This document shows, piece after piece, positions 43,264-53,551 of a stretch of 61,602 nucleotides of DNA. The translations under genes and the position numbers were made by a program. How positions within the stretch are numbered: position 1 is the stretch's first letter; each line of letters opens with the position of its first letter. The stretch lies in the IMG/VR virus record IMGVR_UViG_3300045988_170590; one strand, given 5' to 3'. The notes beneath the pieces are model-generated. The model was not told the origin of the DNA, searched no databases, and worked only from the letters and a program-made list of their open reading frames with translations. Source of the stretch: a virus.

Positions 43264-44388
43264 TTACGCAGTAACCGTAACGTTACATATAGCCGAAATA
43301 GCGGGAGTAACATCCGGAACGGTAATAGTTACCGTCGTACCGCCCTGCGCAACGCCCTCGATTACACCGTTCGCATCTACCTTAGCCGTTGCGGCTGCCG
43401 CAGAAACATAATTCAGCGACGAATAAACGGGCTGGGCAACCGTACCGTCTTTCAACAGATACTTAACGGGAAGTTGAACTTTTGCCCCTTTGGCAACGGT
43501 CACACCGCCGCCAACGACAAACAAACCTTCAACCTGATCGGTTACTTGACCGCACGGAACGTATACATAGTAAGCGTAAGGCGCGGACGAATTACCGCAG
43601 TTGCGGAAGTCGGACGCGGCGGGAACGTTATCGATATTCGCCAAAGCCTGCCAGTCATACGACGTGGTTGCGTTAGCGGTTTGCGACGCCGAAATACCTG
43701 CGTCACCCGTAAACTGAGCATACCTTACTACAAGGTACAAATAACCCGAAAGCGAGCCGTTCGTAACCGCCTCACCCTGTTTAGAGTAAACGTTGTATTT
43801 GTAAGTAAGCCCTGCGACTTGCGGCGTAAAGTTCGACGGAAGGTCGAGAACTTTTGCCGTTGCGACGGTCGTAAAATAGAATATATCATACGACGCTCCC
43901 GTGTAATTTCCCTGAACTTCGCCGGTGGTAAGATCGATACCGACATTTTCGCCCGTATATTCCGTTGCGCCCGTAAGCCTTACATAGCACAATCCGTAAG
44001 TATCGTCAGCGTTTTGCGTATACGCTCTCGCCGGCGGATATTTTGCCAAATTCGGAATAGTAAGTTTTCCGCCAACCGGAACTACGCCCTGCTCGACGAC
44101 CTCTACTACACCGTTATTCTGAATCGTACCGCCACTTATCATCGCACGCTGTCTCAAAGAAAACGCCTGCGAAGTGAGTGTACCCGATAAACGCGTGGTG
44201 TCGGGAATGGTTATAAGCAACGGATTGCCTATGCCACCCGTTATTTCACCGAGGTTGACACTCGAAGTGACAGAGCCTTCGCTCGCAACGGTATCGTAAC
44301 CGATAATATTACCTTGCGCATCGGTAATTTTCACTTCCGCAATACCTTTGACGAAAAGGTTAGGGTCGCCAAAATGAAATTTATCCAT
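43264..44388 (-). CDS. Putative major tail protein with a C-terminal Ig-like (Big_2-type) domain
   Basis: The C-terminus KVDANGVIEGVAQGGTTVTITV...CNVTVTA is Ig-like. Positioned upstream of the tape measure gene. Confidence 0.5.
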   Translation of the reverse strand: MDKFHFGDPNLFVKGIAEVKITDAQGNIIGYDTVASEGSVTSSVNLGEITGGIGNPLLITIPDTTRLSGTLTSQAFSLRQRAMISGGTIQNNGVVEVVEQGVVPVGGKLTIPNLAKYPPARAYTQNADDTYGLCYVRLTGATEYTGENVGIDLTTGEVQGNYTGASYDIFYFTTVATAKVLDLPSNFTPQVAGLTYKYNVYSKQGEAVTNGSLSGYLYLVVRYAQFTGDAGISASQTANATTSYDWQALANIDNVPAASDFRNCGNSSAPYAYYVYVPCGQVTDQVEGLFVVGGGVTVAKGAKVQLPVKYLLKDGTVAQPVYSSLNYVSAAAATAKVDANGVIEGVAQGGTTVTITVPDVTPAISAICNVTVTA

Positions 44389-44406
44389 TATAAAATCTCC
44401 TGTTTT

Positions 44407-45234
44407 TTATTTTTGTTTTGCACCGCCGAATTGCTTTCCCAAATCGCTTGCCGACATTGTACCCATGCTTTCATCGATACTGTCGTATGCCCACGAAGGA
44501 AACGGATTACCTTTCTTAAAAGTAACCATTCCCGACAGTTCGGCTTGTCCGTAAAGAGTATATTTCTTATCACGGTCTATCGCCTTATATCGGTTTTCAA
44601 ATTCCCGAATAGTCCAATCGTCAATTTCCCGTTCGCTTACCTTAGAAAAGTAAGCGACGGACGAAACCAAACTGCCTAAATCGGTTTTAAGTTTAACCTG
44701 ATTGCCCGATTGCATTTCTTGTAATTGCTTTTGGGCTAAAACAAGTTCCTCGTTCTCGCTGTCGTCGGGCAATTCAAGCCCGTTTTGGTCGGCAATAAGC
44801 GGTCGAATTAACGCGGAAAAATCTTGGGGCGTAATTTCCGCAACATTATCGCCCTGCGTCATTTTGAAACGGACTATTTCAAGGTCTTTACCGACCTGCT
44901 TTATAACGATATTTTCGCCTTTCATATACTCTTTCAAGTCAAAATCGTCTATCCGCAAAGACAACGACATTAAAAGCAACAAACGGCTAAATAAACCGCT
45001 ACCCGCTCCGTTCTTAATCGTTTCGTCAATTTCAAGCGAGAAGATCGCGTTTAGATAATCTTTCATTTGGTACTTAACAGGGAGCGTACCAAGTCGGATT
45101 ATCAACGCGTCTTTACACGTTAAAAATTGCTCATAGAATGACATTTTTATGGGATAAAACGTTAAATTAAGCATTTCAATGGGTTTACCTTGCCTAATTC
45201 TCTGTTTTTTTTCCCATTGTGATAATTGGCTCAT
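44407..45234 (-). CDS. Hypothetical structural-module protein
   Basis: 275-aa co-oriented ORF. Confidence 0.55.
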   Translation of the reverse strand: MSQLSQWEKKQRIRQGKPIEMLNLTFYPIKMSFYEQFLTCKDALIIRLGTLPVKYQMKDYLNAIFSLEIDETIKNGAGSGLFSRLLLLMSLSLRIDDFDLKEYMKGENIVIKQVGKDLEIVRFKMTQGDNVAEITPQDFSALIRPLIADQNGLELPDDSENEELVLAQKQLQEMQSGNQVKLKTDLGSLVSSVAYFSKVSEREIDDWTIREFENRYKAIDRDKKYTLYGQAELSGMVTFKKGNPFPSWAYDSIDESMGTMSASDLGKQFGGAKQK

Positions 45235-45265
45235 TTCTTATCTCCTGCCTTTTATCGGTTGTATA

Positions 45266-45487
45266 TCAATCGGATTTTTGCTCCGAGTGGTATTGATAGC
45301 AACTTTGCGCACCTTCGGTGTTTTCGACGCGTTTGGTACAGTTACAATGCCTTTGATGAGCGCACATTGCCGTCACGCCTTCTCTTACATTGAAATAATT
45401 CACGCCGTCCTTCATCAAAAGTTTACAAAGTAAAAAATCTAATTGCGGCTTTCTTACCGCATAAGGACATTCATACCTGTTTGACAT
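45266..45487 (-). CDS. Small Cys/His-rich protein
   Basis: 73-aa co-oriented ORF (CPY...C...CAHQRHCNC). Confidence 0.45.
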   Translation of the reverse strand: MSNRYECPYAVRKPQLDFLLCKLLMKDGVNYFNVREGVTAMCAHQRHCNCTKRVENTEGAQSCYQYHSEQKSD

Positions 45488-45491
45488 AGCC

Positions 45492-46832
45492 TTAATACCC
45501 GTTTAATACGATTTCAGCCGTTGCCGAATATTCGCCGTAACTGACTGTAACAACAAGCGGCTCGTTACTCGGTTTCAAACATTGAATTTGTGCCGACATT
45601 TGTTTCGGCGCAATCGACACGGCATAACAATTACCGTTCGCCCCGCCAAAAGTCCACGTCAGCGGCTTGTTTGTTTTTACGCCGTCCCCATAAAACCGTG
45701 CTTTCACAACGATTTCGCCGTATTGAGTCACCTCGGTAGGCAGAACGCCCACGAATGCCACATACGGCTCGTTTATATCGCCCGCCACCGCAATTTCAAG
45801 CGTTGCCGAAATCGTAGCGTTTTGGGCAAGTGTCGCCGTAATAATCGCGTTTCCGTTCTTGTTTGCGGTTATCTCGCCGTTTTCGTTCACCGACACTACA
45901 CCGTTATCACTCGAAGAATATGTCCAAGTAAGCGGTTTATCGACGGTCGGTAAAATTTCAACGTCATTAAGCGAAAAGTGAGCAGTAAGTTGAGCAGTCT
46001 GACCGACTTTGATTTTGTTTGCGCCGTCAAGAGTTGCCGAGTATACCGAGTTTTTACCGTTGGCGATAAATGTTTTTTCTAAATCGTCATACTCGTTGAT
46101 AGTTTCTTCTTTACGGATTGTAAAGTTGAGCAAATGACAACTTTCGCGATAGCCCGAAAACTCCTGAATAAAATCCGTCACGCCTGTAACATAAAACGCC
46201 TGACTGCCAAGAATTAAGCGGTAATTTTGCTTAATTTGTTTCGTATTATCGTTAAGTTGACAAGTTACGTTGAAATAACCGTCCGGTAATACAAGGTTGT
46301 TTGGGGTCTGATTGTCATTGCCGAGCATTGCATACTTCTCGACGATGATAGGTTCGGTTATAATATTCCCGTAATAATCGAACGAGTTGTATGACGAATT
46401 GCAACGAGCAACGATTGCGGTCGGTTTAACACTCGACACATTCGACGGATTGATACATATCCAAACACTCCCCGCAGTTTTTATCTTCGCACCGACGGGG
46501 AAATAATCAATATGTTTTTCGGGGAAAAGAACTATCTTAAAATCGTCTGTTTTTCTCCCCGAAAACGAAGAAGAGTCGCTTGACGAAACGTCGGACAATC
46601 GAATATTCGTATTGTTCCAACGGTAGAAATCATCAGGATTTAACCCTTGTACGTCGGCATTAAAATAATCACTCGCCAAATATGCCCTGTATGAGTCAAA
46701 TGCACGAGATCTTCCCGCCATATATTGCCTTTGACGGCTTGCGTATTCTTCGGGGGTATTTTGCGGAACGCTCACCCCTCTGCCTATAAATGCTATGGCG
46801 TCCTTTACATATTTTTGGCTCTTTTTAGACAT
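45492..46832 (-). CDS. Structural protein with two C-terminal Ig-like (Big_2-type) domains
   Basis: GQTAQLTAHF...WTYSSSDNGVVSVNENGEITANKNGNAIITATL and a second similar repeat. Confidence 0.55.
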   Translation of the reverse strand: MSKKSQKYVKDAIAFIGRGVSVPQNTPEEYASRQRQYMAGRSRAFDSYRAYLASDYFNADVQGLNPDDFYRWNNTNIRLSDVSSSDSSSFSGRKTDDFKIVLFPEKHIDYFPVGAKIKTAGSVWICINPSNVSSVKPTAIVARCNSSYNSFDYYGNIITEPIIVEKYAMLGNDNQTPNNLVLPDGYFNVTCQLNDNTKQIKQNYRLILGSQAFYVTGVTDFIQEFSGYRESCHLLNFTIRKEETINEYDDLEKTFIANGKNSVYSATLDGANKIKVGQTAQLTAHFSLNDVEILPTVDKPLTWTYSSSDNGVVSVNENGEITANKNGNAIITATLAQNATISATLEIAVAGDINEPYVAFVGVLPTEVTQYGEIVVKARFYGDGVKTNKPLTWTFGGANGNCYAVSIAPKQMSAQIQCLKPSNEPLVVTVSYGEYSATAEIVLNGY

Positions 46833-46846
46833 ACCGCTTAACCTCT

Positions 46847-47059
46847 TTAATCAACCCAAATGCTTAACCTGCGTTTCAAAATTGCGATATATTTGTTCAT
46901 AAGCCGGGCTTGACGTTTCAACAATCTGCGCATGGTCGGATTAAGGTCTTTGAATGCAACTGTTTTTATAAAACTCGCGAGATTGTCATACTTTTCTTGT
47001 AAAGACTGCAACTCGTCGACAACTCTGTCTTTTGCGGTTTTATGTTGTATTTCACTCAT
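46847..47059 (-). CDS. Hypothetical protein
   Basis: 70-aa co-oriented ORF with an ATGA overlap with the upstream small ORF. Confidence 0.5.
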   Translation of the reverse strand: MSEIQHKTAKDRVVDELQSLQEKYDNLASFIKTVAFKDLNPTMRRLLKRQARLMNKYIAILKRRLSIWVD

Positions 47060-47232
47060 TTCGACGTACCTCTGAATAATCTTTTTTTGCCATTCACGAT
47101 AAACTCCGTCGCATTATTTATGTCGGCGGTTTTACCGTGATTTTTTTTGTAATTTTCAAGTGCGACACAGCAACTTCTGTTACCTTTATTGCAATACTCG
47201 CAATAATCAAACGAGCCATAATATTTGCACAT
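47056..47232 (-). CDS. 58-aa Cys-rich peptide (MCKYYGSFDYCEYCNKGNRSCC...)
   Basis: Fills an otherwise empty 187-nt gap. GGGAG SD. ATGA coupling to the next gene. Confidence 0.4.
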   Translation of the reverse strand: MCKYYGSFDYCEYCNKGNRSCCVALENYKKNHGKTADINNATEFIVNGKKRLFRGTSK

Positions 47233-47246
47233 ACCAATGCTCCCGT

Positions 47247-47951
47247 TTATGCAAGTTTTATGCCGTGACCTAGCGTCGGTTTATTGTTGCTGTCGCCAAG
47301 CATAGGATTGCGCGTGGTCGCAAGTTCAAGTCCTAGCACAAGTTCTCTTCCGACGTTTATATCGCCGTCGTAAATAGGTCTGCTACCACAATCGGGATGA
47401 CAACGCCGGTCAAACATAAATGTGCCAATACCTGTCATATTTACGCCGTTAAACGCCTCAATTATCGCTTGTTCGATTGCCGTTGTTCTGCTATACGCGT
47501 CAGCCTTAGAATTTGCCTCGTTGGTATAATGCGCCCAGATAAGGAAGTGAATTGCAGTGGCAGTCTTGAAACTGTCATTCGGAACTTCTCTACCCTCATA
47601 CACATAAATCCGGGTCTGTGCATCTGTCTGGCTTTGCTTTACCCATATCTGAGGGAAAATCCTATACCCTTTTGCGGTTGGAGGATTTTCGGGCTTTTCG
47701 GGATTGAAAACCACACTCATTTTTTCTTTTATCGTGGGTAGTTTTTTTGCCAGCGGTCTTGCGCCGTCGTGATAGAGATATTTCCAAAATCGGCAACGCG
47801 AATAGGTGTTGTCATCTATCGGTTGATAATCGCCTTGCGGAGCGTCAATAAGATAATCGCATATTTTTCGCGTCAGGTCGGTAATCTGCGACATATCGTT
47901 GTAACTTTCCTGCGTGTTTATGTATGGAAACCATTGACTGTACTTAGGCAT
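47247..47951 (-). CDS. Head-tail joining region protein (family unknown)
   Basis: 234-aa co-oriented ORF between the capsid and tail genes. Confidence 0.5.
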   Translation of the reverse strand: MPKYSQWFPYINTQESYNDMSQITDLTRKICDYLIDAPQGDYQPIDDNTYSRCRFWKYLYHDGARPLAKKLPTIKEKMSVVFNPEKPENPPTAKGYRIFPQIWVKQSQTDAQTRIYVYEGREVPNDSFKTATAIHFLIWAHYTNEANSKADAYSRTTAIEQAIIEAFNGVNMTGIGTFMFDRRCHPDCGSRPIYDGDINVGRELVLGLELATTRNPMLGDSNNKPTLGHGIKLA

Positions 47952-48516
47952 GTTCTTTCTCCGCTGTATCGACTTCCTTATTATCCGCGCCGAGTTTTGT
48001 TATCTCTTCTTGCATTTTTGCCGTAATCTCTTTAACTTTTTCAGGCGTTGCATACACGGAAATTGCCGATAACAAACGATAAATCGGATTGTTGTAGTGC
48101 AGTTTGAGATTTTCAATTTCAATATAAACCATTCTTTGAAGTTCCTTGAAATCGGAAATAATATCAAACGCCTTTTCCTTAAATGCGGGATTTAACTTAT
48201 ACCTTTCTATCTGATTGATGAGCGCACCGCCCGCGTAAAAATCGTATTGTTCATACGCATCTTGCTCTTCGCTTAACTCTATATCGAAATAATGTGCAAG
48301 CAAGGTATTTTGCAACAATATCGATTTCAACGCCGCGTTTTCGCCCTGAACGGCGGGAAGAGCGAGTATTTTATTTACTTCGGCTGTTTCCTTTTCGTTT
48401 ACGACGTCAAGCAGGCAAAGTTTTGCGATTTGCAAAGAAACCGTCTGTTTCTCTGCAAGCGGCATATAGGTCTTAGCCTTTTCCATAAGTTCATCGGTTA
48501 TTTTGAAATATTTCAT
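47944..48516 (-). CDS. Head-tail joining region protein (family unknown)
   Basis: 190-aa co-oriented ORF overlapping its neighbour by 8 nt. Confidence 0.5.
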   Translation of the reverse strand: MKYFKITDELMEKAKTYMPLAEKQTVSLQIAKLCLLDVVNEKETAEVNKILALPAVQGENAALKSILLQNTLLAHYFDIELSEEQDAYEQYDFYAGGALINQIERYKLNPAFKEKAFDIISDFKELQRMVYIEIENLKLHYNNPIYRLLSAISVYATPEKVKEITAKMQEEITKLGADNKEVDTAEKEHA

Positions 48517-48527
48517 AGTCGTTCACC

Positions 48528-49262
48528 TTAAAACTTCAACCGATTTTGAGGAGATATAGTCGCTCGATAATACAAGTTTTGTTCGTACTGTCTCATTTCC
48601 TCGGCAAGTTTGCGACGAAGTTGGTCAAGGCGTGCCGTATCTGCGTCCATTTTCCGTGCGCGATTCTGCTCGTAAAAACTTTTGTCCTCAACCTTAGCCA
48701 CATTGGAAAGCCAATCAGAGTTAAAGCGATCCTGCCATACGACTTGAAAACACATTCCGAGAATGCTCTTCATTTCGATAGGCAAATCATTCTTAAATTC
48801 TCCGTCGATATAAAAATCGAAGTCGAATATCGTACCTTTTGAGACAGGTTGTTCCGCACTCGCGTTTATCGTAATTTCGCCTTTCGCGCTGTCGTAAACG
48901 CATAAATCCGTCTTGACTGAGACAACGTTTTGAGCGTCATCTTTAACCAACACATGCGCCGAAAACAATTCGTAACCGATATACGAAATCCCCAACTGCA
49001 CCGTAGTAGCAGCGGTAAGGTCTTCGGTGACGGTATAGCGCAAATCATCGCATTGTGCGGGAGTGTACCCGGGAGAATCTTTATCCCCCACGAGGAACGG
49101 TAAAACTTCCGGCGGTTTATTGAATAACGGAATTGCTGTATTCAGGTATGCCGCCATTTTCCTCGCATAGAGCGGAGGGTTGTCTGTCGCCAACTCTTCA
49201 AGTCGTATATCGTCAACGTATTGAGCGCAATAGTTAGTTATTATGTCTAAAATCGGTGTCAT
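48528..49262 (-). CDS. Head-tail joining region protein (family unknown)
   Basis: 244-aa co-oriented ORF. Confidence 0.5.
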   Translation of the reverse strand: MTPILDIITNYCAQYVDDIRLEELATDNPPLYARKMAAYLNTAIPLFNKPPEVLPFLVGDKDSPGYTPAQCDDLRYTVTEDLTAATTVQLGISYIGYELFSAHVLVKDDAQNVVSVKTDLCVYDSAKGEITINASAEQPVSKGTIFDFDFYIDGEFKNDLPIEMKSILGMCFQVVWQDRFNSDWLSNVAKVEDKSFYEQNRARKMDADTARLDQLRRKLAEEMRQYEQNLYYRATISPQNRLKF

Positions 49263-49278
49263 TTTATTTCCCTTTTAT

Positions 49279-49941
49279 TCAGTCTGCCGTATCGGCTAAT
49301 ACTTTCGCCATATCTTTCAATATAGCCTTAAACATACCGTCTTTGTCCGCCTCTTTGGATAATTCGTTGAGCCTTTGAACAAGCGGTTGATTTACCCTGC
49401 TGTCGTGCGCCATATATGCGTCGATGAAAAGCGTGGTGATTATCGCTTTGTGCGACGGGCAAGCCAGTTTGAATATTTTACAAATGGTATCTTCGGGCAA
49501 CGCCAGCAATTTGTAATAAATGTCGGGTGAAAGCAATTCTCCGTCATCATATTTAAGACCATAACGCTCTCTCTCGTCATCGGAAAGCCCGGATAAAACG
49601 ATAAGTCTTCTGTCTTTAAGACGATCGAGGACACTCGGGGTCAAGTTCTGCAAAAATTCTTTTTTGGGAATATCTCTCGTACCCCCTCTTCCCTGTATGT
49701 CTCCGAGCCTGTCGTTAAGGTGGACGGTCGAACCTTCGGCTACAACGCCCATATACAAAAGCGTAACGTATTCGTCTGTTTGGTCTTTAACGTAGACCGT
49801 CTGAGGTTGTACGTTTTGCATTGCGGTTTTAACCGCCTCTGCTACGGCTTTGTTTACGATAGCGTTAAGTTCCGCCTCGGTATACGTTTTGCGAATTTCA
49901 TTCGCGCCTTTCATGGTTGCTTTTTTCATTTCCTCTGCCAT
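49279..49941 (-). CDS. Hypothetical head-associated protein
   Basis: 220-aa ORF immediately downstream of the capsid gene. Confidence 0.5.
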   Translation of the reverse strand: MAEEMKKATMKGANEIRKTYTEAELNAIVNKAVAEAVKTAMQNVQPQTVYVKDQTDEYVTLLYMGVVAEGSTVHLNDRLGDIQGRGGTRDIPKKEFLQNLTPSVLDRLKDRRLIVLSGLSDDERERYGLKYDDGELLSPDIYYKLLALPEDTICKIFKLACPSHKAIITTLFIDAYMAHDSRVNQPLVQRLNELSKEADKDGMFKAILKDMAKVLADTAD

Positions 49942-50124
49942 TTTTCTTCTCCTTCGGAAAATTTAATTAGGGAATTGGTGGAGTTGCACACACCGCTACT
50001 GTTATTCCCGTATACACGGCGGAGAAATGTATATTCTCCGTCGTGTTTGGTTGTTTTCGGTTTATAGTTTAAGAGTATTCCAAAATAACAAGGCTCTCAA
50101 ACGGTTTATAAACCGCAAGTGCCG

Positions 50125-51372
50125 TTAAATCTGAATATTGATTATCTTGGAACTGAATGCCGGCTTTATATCGAATATGAGCGTTTCCTCGATGTCAATC
50201 GTCATATCGGCGGTTTCTCTTGGGGTAAACGTTATAGTTATGGGCGAACCTTCGGCGATAACACCTACCATAGGCGCATAACCGAGTTTTGCCATAACGT
50301 AAACGTTCTTCTTCGTTGCGCTGTCAAGACCGAGGAATTTCGGTTCATAGTTCTGCGTGCCGGGTACAACCGTAAGACCCGCCTCGATGAGATCTACGCC
50401 TGCGACGTTGGCAAGGAAACCGTTCTTAACGAACTCCGTACCGATTTCGCCCTGAATACCCGCTACCGCGCCGTCTGTGCCGACCGTAGGAAGGATTTTG
50501 GAAAGACCGGCAAGAGAACCGAGAGCCATAAGTTGATTACGGGAAACGCCGTTAAGGGCTTGCGCCTGCATTAACGCCTGATTCCAGTTATCGAGCGAGA
50601 AACCGTCAATAACCATGCCCGAAGGCATATATTTCGAGTTTGCAACCGCCTTATTGAACTCGCCGAGCGTCATCGCGTACATTTTGCTTGCCGCACCACG
50701 CGCAAACGCCGCGTAATAACGACCAGCCTCACCGTCTACTATATCCTGATACCACTTGATTTTGGTCTTCGCGGTATACGGCTTGGGAGTAACGGCAATC
50801 TGGCTCTTGTAAAGGTACTGATACGGTTTACTCGAAACCGAACCCCAAGAATCATCGTCAAAGACGAAGAAGTCGTTGGAAAGTATGTCAACGAGTTTGG
50901 TCTCGCCGATTCTGCCTCTATCCCACGTTACGAGCCTGTCGGTTATACCGTCCATAACGGCGGGGAGCAGCGGAGTTATAACCTCTTGGGTTATCGACTG
51001 TAAAGCGTTAAGGAATATGGGGTTTTTATACAACCCGAGGTCGTTCTCGACTTCTTTCATATTCGAGTACGGGGCTTTACCGATCGCCTTATTCGCTTGT
51101 GCCGCACAGAAAACAACGGTTTCTACCCAAGTGTTGCGCGAAAAAGACGCATAATCTTCGACTTTGGACAAATATTTTATGGTGTTGTTTTTGGTTGCGT
51201 TCGCAATTCTGCCGAAGTATTCGGCGGTCGCAAGACGACCCGCGCTGATAAGTTCATCACGGCTGATGTCTCTCGACTTTCCGTCCGCGGAGCAAACTTT
51301 TATTTTTTGGTTGTTGTTGGATTTGTAAGAGAAAATATCTCTCGACAAATTGTTCAATGCTTTTGCGTTCAT
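50125..51372 (-). CDS. Putative major capsid protein
   Basis: 415-aa ORF following the scaffold-like gene. Hairpins lie downstream (50020-50120). Size and position are typical of a major capsid protein. Confidence 0.6.
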   Translation of the reverse strand: MNAKALNNLSRDIFSYKSNNNQKIKVCSADGKSRDISRDELISAGRLATAEYFGRIANATKNNTIKYLSKVEDYASFSRNTWVETVVFCAAQANKAIGKAPYSNMKEVENDLGLYKNPIFLNALQSITQEVITPLLPAVMDGITDRLVTWDRGRIGETKLVDILSNDFFVFDDDSWGSVSSKPYQYLYKSQIAVTPKPYTAKTKIKWYQDIVDGEAGRYYAAFARGAASKMYAMTLGEFNKAVANSKYMPSGMVIDGFSLDNWNQALMQAQALNGVSRNQLMALGSLAGLSKILPTVGTDGAVAGIQGEIGTEFVKNGFLANVAGVDLIEAGLTVVPGTQNYEPKFLGLDSATKKNVYVMAKLGYAPMVGVIAEGSPITITFTPRETADMTIDIEETLIFDIKPAFSSKIINIQI

Positions 51373-51387
51373 TCTTTTCTCCTCCTA

Positions 51388-52011
51388 TTAACCTGCGGCT
51401 TTTACACTTCTCAGGCATCTGACGGTTATCTTTTGTCCGCCGTCATACGCGCCTTCGATAAAGCGTTTGCTGAAATCTTCGATCGCGAAGTAAATGCTAC
51501 CGTCGGTAGGCGCAGCCGCCACCGCGACAAGTAAACCGTTGGTTATAGTCGCGTATTTAAGCGATTCAGACGGAGCAGTCGAGAAGTTGCCCGCGCCGAA
51601 ATTGTATTGCTCGCCGACCATAAGTTCGGTGAAGTCGCCTCTTTCGTCTGCCGGAAGAGCAAGCCCGAGCGTTTTACCGGGAAGATTTACGACCATCCCG
51701 TCGCTGTCTACCGCTTTGTTCACGTCGTAAGTGTTGCAGGCGTAAATGCCGGTTCTGTCCGCAGGAAGACCTGCCACATTGCCGTTCGCCGCCGCGATCA
51801 TATAGTAACTGTTTGCGTTTTTAAGACCCGCGTCTTCATATCCCAAAAGCGGGAGTCTTTCTTTGGTTACGCACAGGAAACCTGCGGCGCAGTCGTCGGG
51901 CGTAAAATCGCTACCGCTGAACGAGCCGAATTTACCCGTTACGTTTTGATTGTCGTTTCTCTTCGAGTTGGAAACAAAAACTTCAAAACGAGTATTCTTA
52001 ATTTTGCTCAT
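51388..52011 (-). CDS. Head protein (decoration or accessory, unverified)
   Basis: 207-aa ORF between the scaffold-like and capsid genes. Confidence 0.45.
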   Translation of the reverse strand: MSKIKNTRFEVFVSNSKRNDNQNVTGKFGSFSGSDFTPDDCAAGFLCVTKERLPLLGYEDAGLKNANSYYMIAAANGNVAGLPADRTGIYACNTYDVNKAVDSDGMVVNLPGKTLGLALPADERGDFTELMVGEQYNFGAGNFSTAPSESLKYATITNGLLVAVAAAPTDGSIYFAIEDFSKRFIEGAYDGGQKITVRCLRSVKAAG

Positions 52012-52035
52012 AATTGAGTTCTCCTTTAATTTTTT

Positions 52036-53412
52036 TTATTGAATGCCTTGATTGGTCATTTTATCGATAAGACTTTGAACGTCATCGCCGCCATTGCCCG
52101 TATCGGAGTTCGATTTGTGGTCTTCCCATGCGAAAGTTTTCTGCATTCTTGCTTTGTTCTGTTCGCGGATCTTACTCATACAACGCGCGTCAACGTCGCA
52201 ACGCGCTTTTTCGTCGCCGACAAACTTGCCGTCCTCTTCCATTTCGGCATACTTGGCAACCTTTTCGTCGGTAAGAAGATCGTCGCATTCGTTGTCCGCT
52301 ATATCGGCGTTGGAATTTTCTCTGTTCTTCTCCAACTGGTCGCGGACGGCGTTTTTAACCGCCTCTTTTCTGCGTGCCGTTTCTGCGTCCTGCATAGTTT
52401 TAAGCGACTTTTCGACCGTTTCCTTACTCTCTTTTACCGAGTTGAGTTCGGCTTTAAGACCGGCGTTTTCGGTAGTCAGGTCGTCGATTACAGCGTCGAG
52501 GGCGACTTTAACTTCGTTTTCACCTTCGCCAAAAACAACAGTCGCGTTGACGGCGGTTTTAACGCCCTCGACAATCTCGCCGTTGTCTTGAACTGCGGTA
52601 GAAACATAAGCATCGTTTTTGTCGAGCGACAAGAGAGCGACTTTCTCGCCGTCTACGCCGACAACTCTGAACCCGTTGAACTTACCGTTTTTTAAGTCTT
52701 TGAGTTTCATTGTTACTTTGTTCTCCTTTTTTGTTTTTGTTTGCGGATTTTGATTTTGGTTTTGCTTTTGCATTGACGCGACCTTTAATGTCTCTTCTCT
52801 AATCTTGTCAACGCCCAAAGCGGACAAGGCTTTGATATACGCACCCGTAACAGCGGGAGCGACGTCATCGCCCAATATAGTCGTGCCGAGTATCTGATAC
52901 TTGGTAAACACTTCGGTAGAACCCTCTTTGTGCATTTCGTCTATAAGGGTTTCAATGCTGATAGACATTCCGTCAAGACCCTGTTTCTTGATTTTTGCCA
53001 CCAACTCCTGTGCATACCATTGCCAGATATACCCAATGCCTACTATCCATTTTTTGCCGTCTTTTTCTTCGATCCTTATATCGCTGTCATCATCGAAAAA
53101 GCCGACTATTCTTTCGGCGGTAGAACTCATAAACGAGGCAACAACACTCCCGTCGGGATTGTTTATTTGTCTGAAATTGTGTCCGTCGCCGATTTTGTCG
53201 CCGACATAAGCGACGAGTATCGGGGTCTTGGCAAATAGCCCTCTATGTTCTTCTAACCGCTCATAACGCCAATCGTTATTGTTCGTTATGTCGTTCAAAA
53301 GCCATAATTCTGCTTTTTGCCGCCAACCGTCCTTTTCGGCAAGAACTTTAAGTTTGCCGATAAATGAGTTGTAAATTTTCCCGTTTTCGGTTATTGTCTT
53401 GAATTTGCTCAT
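52036..53412 (-). CDS. Putative scaffolding (possibly protease-scaffold) protein
   Basis: 458 aa. The C-terminal half is a charged coiled coil (ENAGLKAELNSVKESKETVEKSLKTMQDAETARRKEA). Positioned upstream of the capsid gene. Confidence 0.5.
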   Translation of the reverse strand: MSKFKTITENGKIYNSFIGKLKVLAEKDGWRQKAELWLLNDITNNNDWRYERLEEHRGLFAKTPILVAYVGDKIGDGHNFRQINNPDGSVVASFMSSTAERIVGFFDDDSDIRIEEKDGKKWIVGIGYIWQWYAQELVAKIKKQGLDGMSISIETLIDEMHKEGSTEVFTKYQILGTTILGDDVAPAVTGAYIKALSALGVDKIREETLKVASMQKQNQNQNPQTKTKKENKVTMKLKDLKNGKFNGFRVVGVDGEKVALLSLDKNDAYVSTAVQDNGEIVEGVKTAVNATVVFGEGENEVKVALDAVIDDLTTENAGLKAELNSVKESKETVEKSLKTMQDAETARRKEAVKNAVRDQLEKNRENSNADIADNECDDLLTDEKVAKYAEMEEDGKFVGDEKARCDVDARCMSKIREQNKARMQKTFAWEDHKSNSDTGNGGDDVQSLIDKMTNQGIQ

Positions 53413-53430
53413 CGTCGTTTCCTGCTTTTG

Positions 53431-53493
53431 AATATATAAAAGGGGCTACGAGCAACCGTCGGAATATTTCCCGATAGTTTAACTCATAGCCCC
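53431..53493 (-). terminator. Long hairpin plus U tract upstream of the scaffold gene
   Basis: On the - strand GGGGCUAUGAG...CUCGUAGCCCC, with an inner UCGG/CCGA helix, followed by UUUUAUAUAUU. Confidence 0.55.
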
Positions 53494-53551
53494 GTTTGGC
53501 TGTCGTTTACGACCCGTTTGTCGAAACCGCATATATATTCAGTTTTTGATA

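Noticed and set aside
42605-43264. Canonical gpG/gpGT -1 frameshift chaperone pair upstream of the tape measure gene
   Set aside because: Only a single 177-aa ORF lies there, with no overlapping -1 frame extension or obvious slippery heptamer. It is left unassigned.
52039-52695. Long + strand ORFs opposite the late genes (for example 52039-52695, 43474-44190, 15441-16154, 54059-54709, 39177-39740, 40749-41270)
   Set aside because: These are shadow ORFs antisense to much longer co-oriented genes with recognisable products. Their composition is Arg/Ser/Leu-rich and low-complexity, and they lack SD sequences.
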